Shown here in pieces: positions 25,175 to 25,820 of a stretch of DNA of 25,820 bases; positions within the stretch are counted from its first letter, which is position 1, and the number at the start of each line of letters is the position of its first letter. The position numbers and the translations under genes were made by a program. Below the pieces are notes generated by a model. The model worked only from the letters and a program-made list of their open reading frames with translations. It ran no database searches and was not told where the DNA came from. The stretch comes from Thermoproteota archaeon (GTDB lineage: Archaea > Korarchaeota > Korarchaeia > Korarchaeales > Korarchaeaceae): positions 1 to 25,820 of the forward strand of contig JAOZFG010000033.1 in assembly GCA_027491435.1 (NCBI GenBank), read 5' to 3'.

Positions 25175-25671
25175 GGCCCTGGAGACCAGACTTGCTGAAG
25201 AAAGAAATAAACTCACTTCCTTACTAGTTAGTGATACTACGGATATCTATTCTACTACCCATTTAGCACAGTATGACCTCCCTGAACACTACCTTCTGAG
25301 AAAAGAGCCTTACCAATCTCTGTTACTCTATTGAGGTAAGACCAATGTCCAACTTAAAACTCCTTCGGAGTGGTGGTATCATACCGTGACAGAGTGAAGG
25401 CGGTTTTCCTCACCACGATGGGTTCTTGGAGGTCCAAGGAAGGTCTACAATTCAGAGAGATCATTGGGGAGGCCTTATAATCAGTTTAAAGTTAGTTGGG
25501 AATCCTCCTCGGGGCCTTATCTATAAGGAGGAAGTTAAAGGTTATAAACCAGCTCTGGAACTAATTCCTCTTCTATTCCCAGACCTGGATGCTGTAATAT
25601 TCACTTATTACACCCGTACAATCGATGAAACTCTCGAAACCTTGCTGAAACATTGTGAAACGATAGTGTGA
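25175..25671 (+). pseudogene. Probable decayed gene of unknown function
   Basis: Protein-like segments in shifting frames: ALETRLAEERNKLTSLL...YLLRKEPY / GVVVSYRDRVKAVFLTTMGSWRSKEGLQFREIIGEAL* / LIYKEEVKGYKPALELIPLLFPDLDAVIFTYY...CETIV*. More AT-rich than flanking genes. Confidence 0.35.
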
Positions 25672-25678
25672 CCAATAA

Positions 25679-25739
25679 TTTTATATAGCCGCGGGTAACC
25701 ACCCACAGCCATTTGCCGCACCGGCGGCAAATGGAGGTG
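25679..25739 (+). promoter_or_regulatory. TATA box, 5'-UTR hairpin and strong RBS
   Basis: TTTTATATA (25679-25687), perfect 11-bp stem CCATTTGCCGC-ACCG-GCGGCAAATGG (25709-25734), GGAGGTG (25733-25739) before ATG 25745. Confidence 0.7.
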
Positions 25740-25744
25740 TTAAC

Positions 25745-25820
25745 ATGAGAAAGGTATTGGTAGTACTGATAGCTGCAGTGCTGCTGGGGGCGGCCGTTCT
25801 GCCTGCTGCCGCCTACCCCA
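25745..25820 (+). CDS. N-terminus of a secreted protein (partial, signal peptide only)
   Basis: MRKVLVVLIAAVLLGAAVLPAAAYP... is a Sec signal peptide with an AxA site and a strong RBS. Runs off the window. Confidence 0.85.
   Translation, partial: MRKVLVVLIAAVLLGAAVLPAAAYP

Noticed and set aside
25032-25344. 10-bp inverted repeat TGGTCTTACC / GGTAAGACCA as MITE ends
   Set aside because: Short, no evident target-site duplication and no second copy in the window.
25426-25671. 81-aa ORF as an intact gene
   Set aside because: TTG start without a clear RBS, and only its 3' half looks protein-like. Treated as the tail of a frameshifted pseudogene.
1-25820. tRNA, rRNA, CRISPR array, integrase or transposase
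   Set aside because: No cloverleaf with a T-arm consensus, no regularly spaced repeats and no recombinase or DDE motifs were seen by eye.

Overview
25.8 kb of chromosomal DNA from what looks like a (hyper)thermophilic archaeon: AGG/ATA-rich codon usage, TTTA(T/A)-type TATA boxes ~25 nt before leaderless ATGs, GGTG/GGAGG-type RBS, ATGA/TAATG gene overlaps. The exact lineage cannot be determined here. Content in order: a coupled operon AlaX editing protein - PmbA/TldE - HExxH protein - fused guaA; a DUF4332-like HhH protein; a YwiC-like membrane protein; adenine deaminase; an archaeal ATPase-wHTH with a tandem palindromic operator; a bactofilin-like beta-helix protein divergent from a ~1013-aa FG-GAP/Ig/PKD surface protein; a convergent PKD surface protein; a decayed FHA-like gene; an orphan ZnuA/TroA-type binding protein; an erythrin-VIT1 fusion; a CPBP protease; a hypothetical protein; a beta-propeller/S-layer-like protein; two SDRs; and a coupled pair of a triple-(w)HTH protein and an AAA+ ATPase fused to a PD-(D/E)xK-like nuclease domain, followed by a decayed region and the start of a secreted protein. 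That last pair is the best candidate for an undescribed, probably defence-type system. I saw no rRNA, tRNA, CRISPR array or intact mobile element. All family assignments are from motifs recognised by eye, not from database searches.
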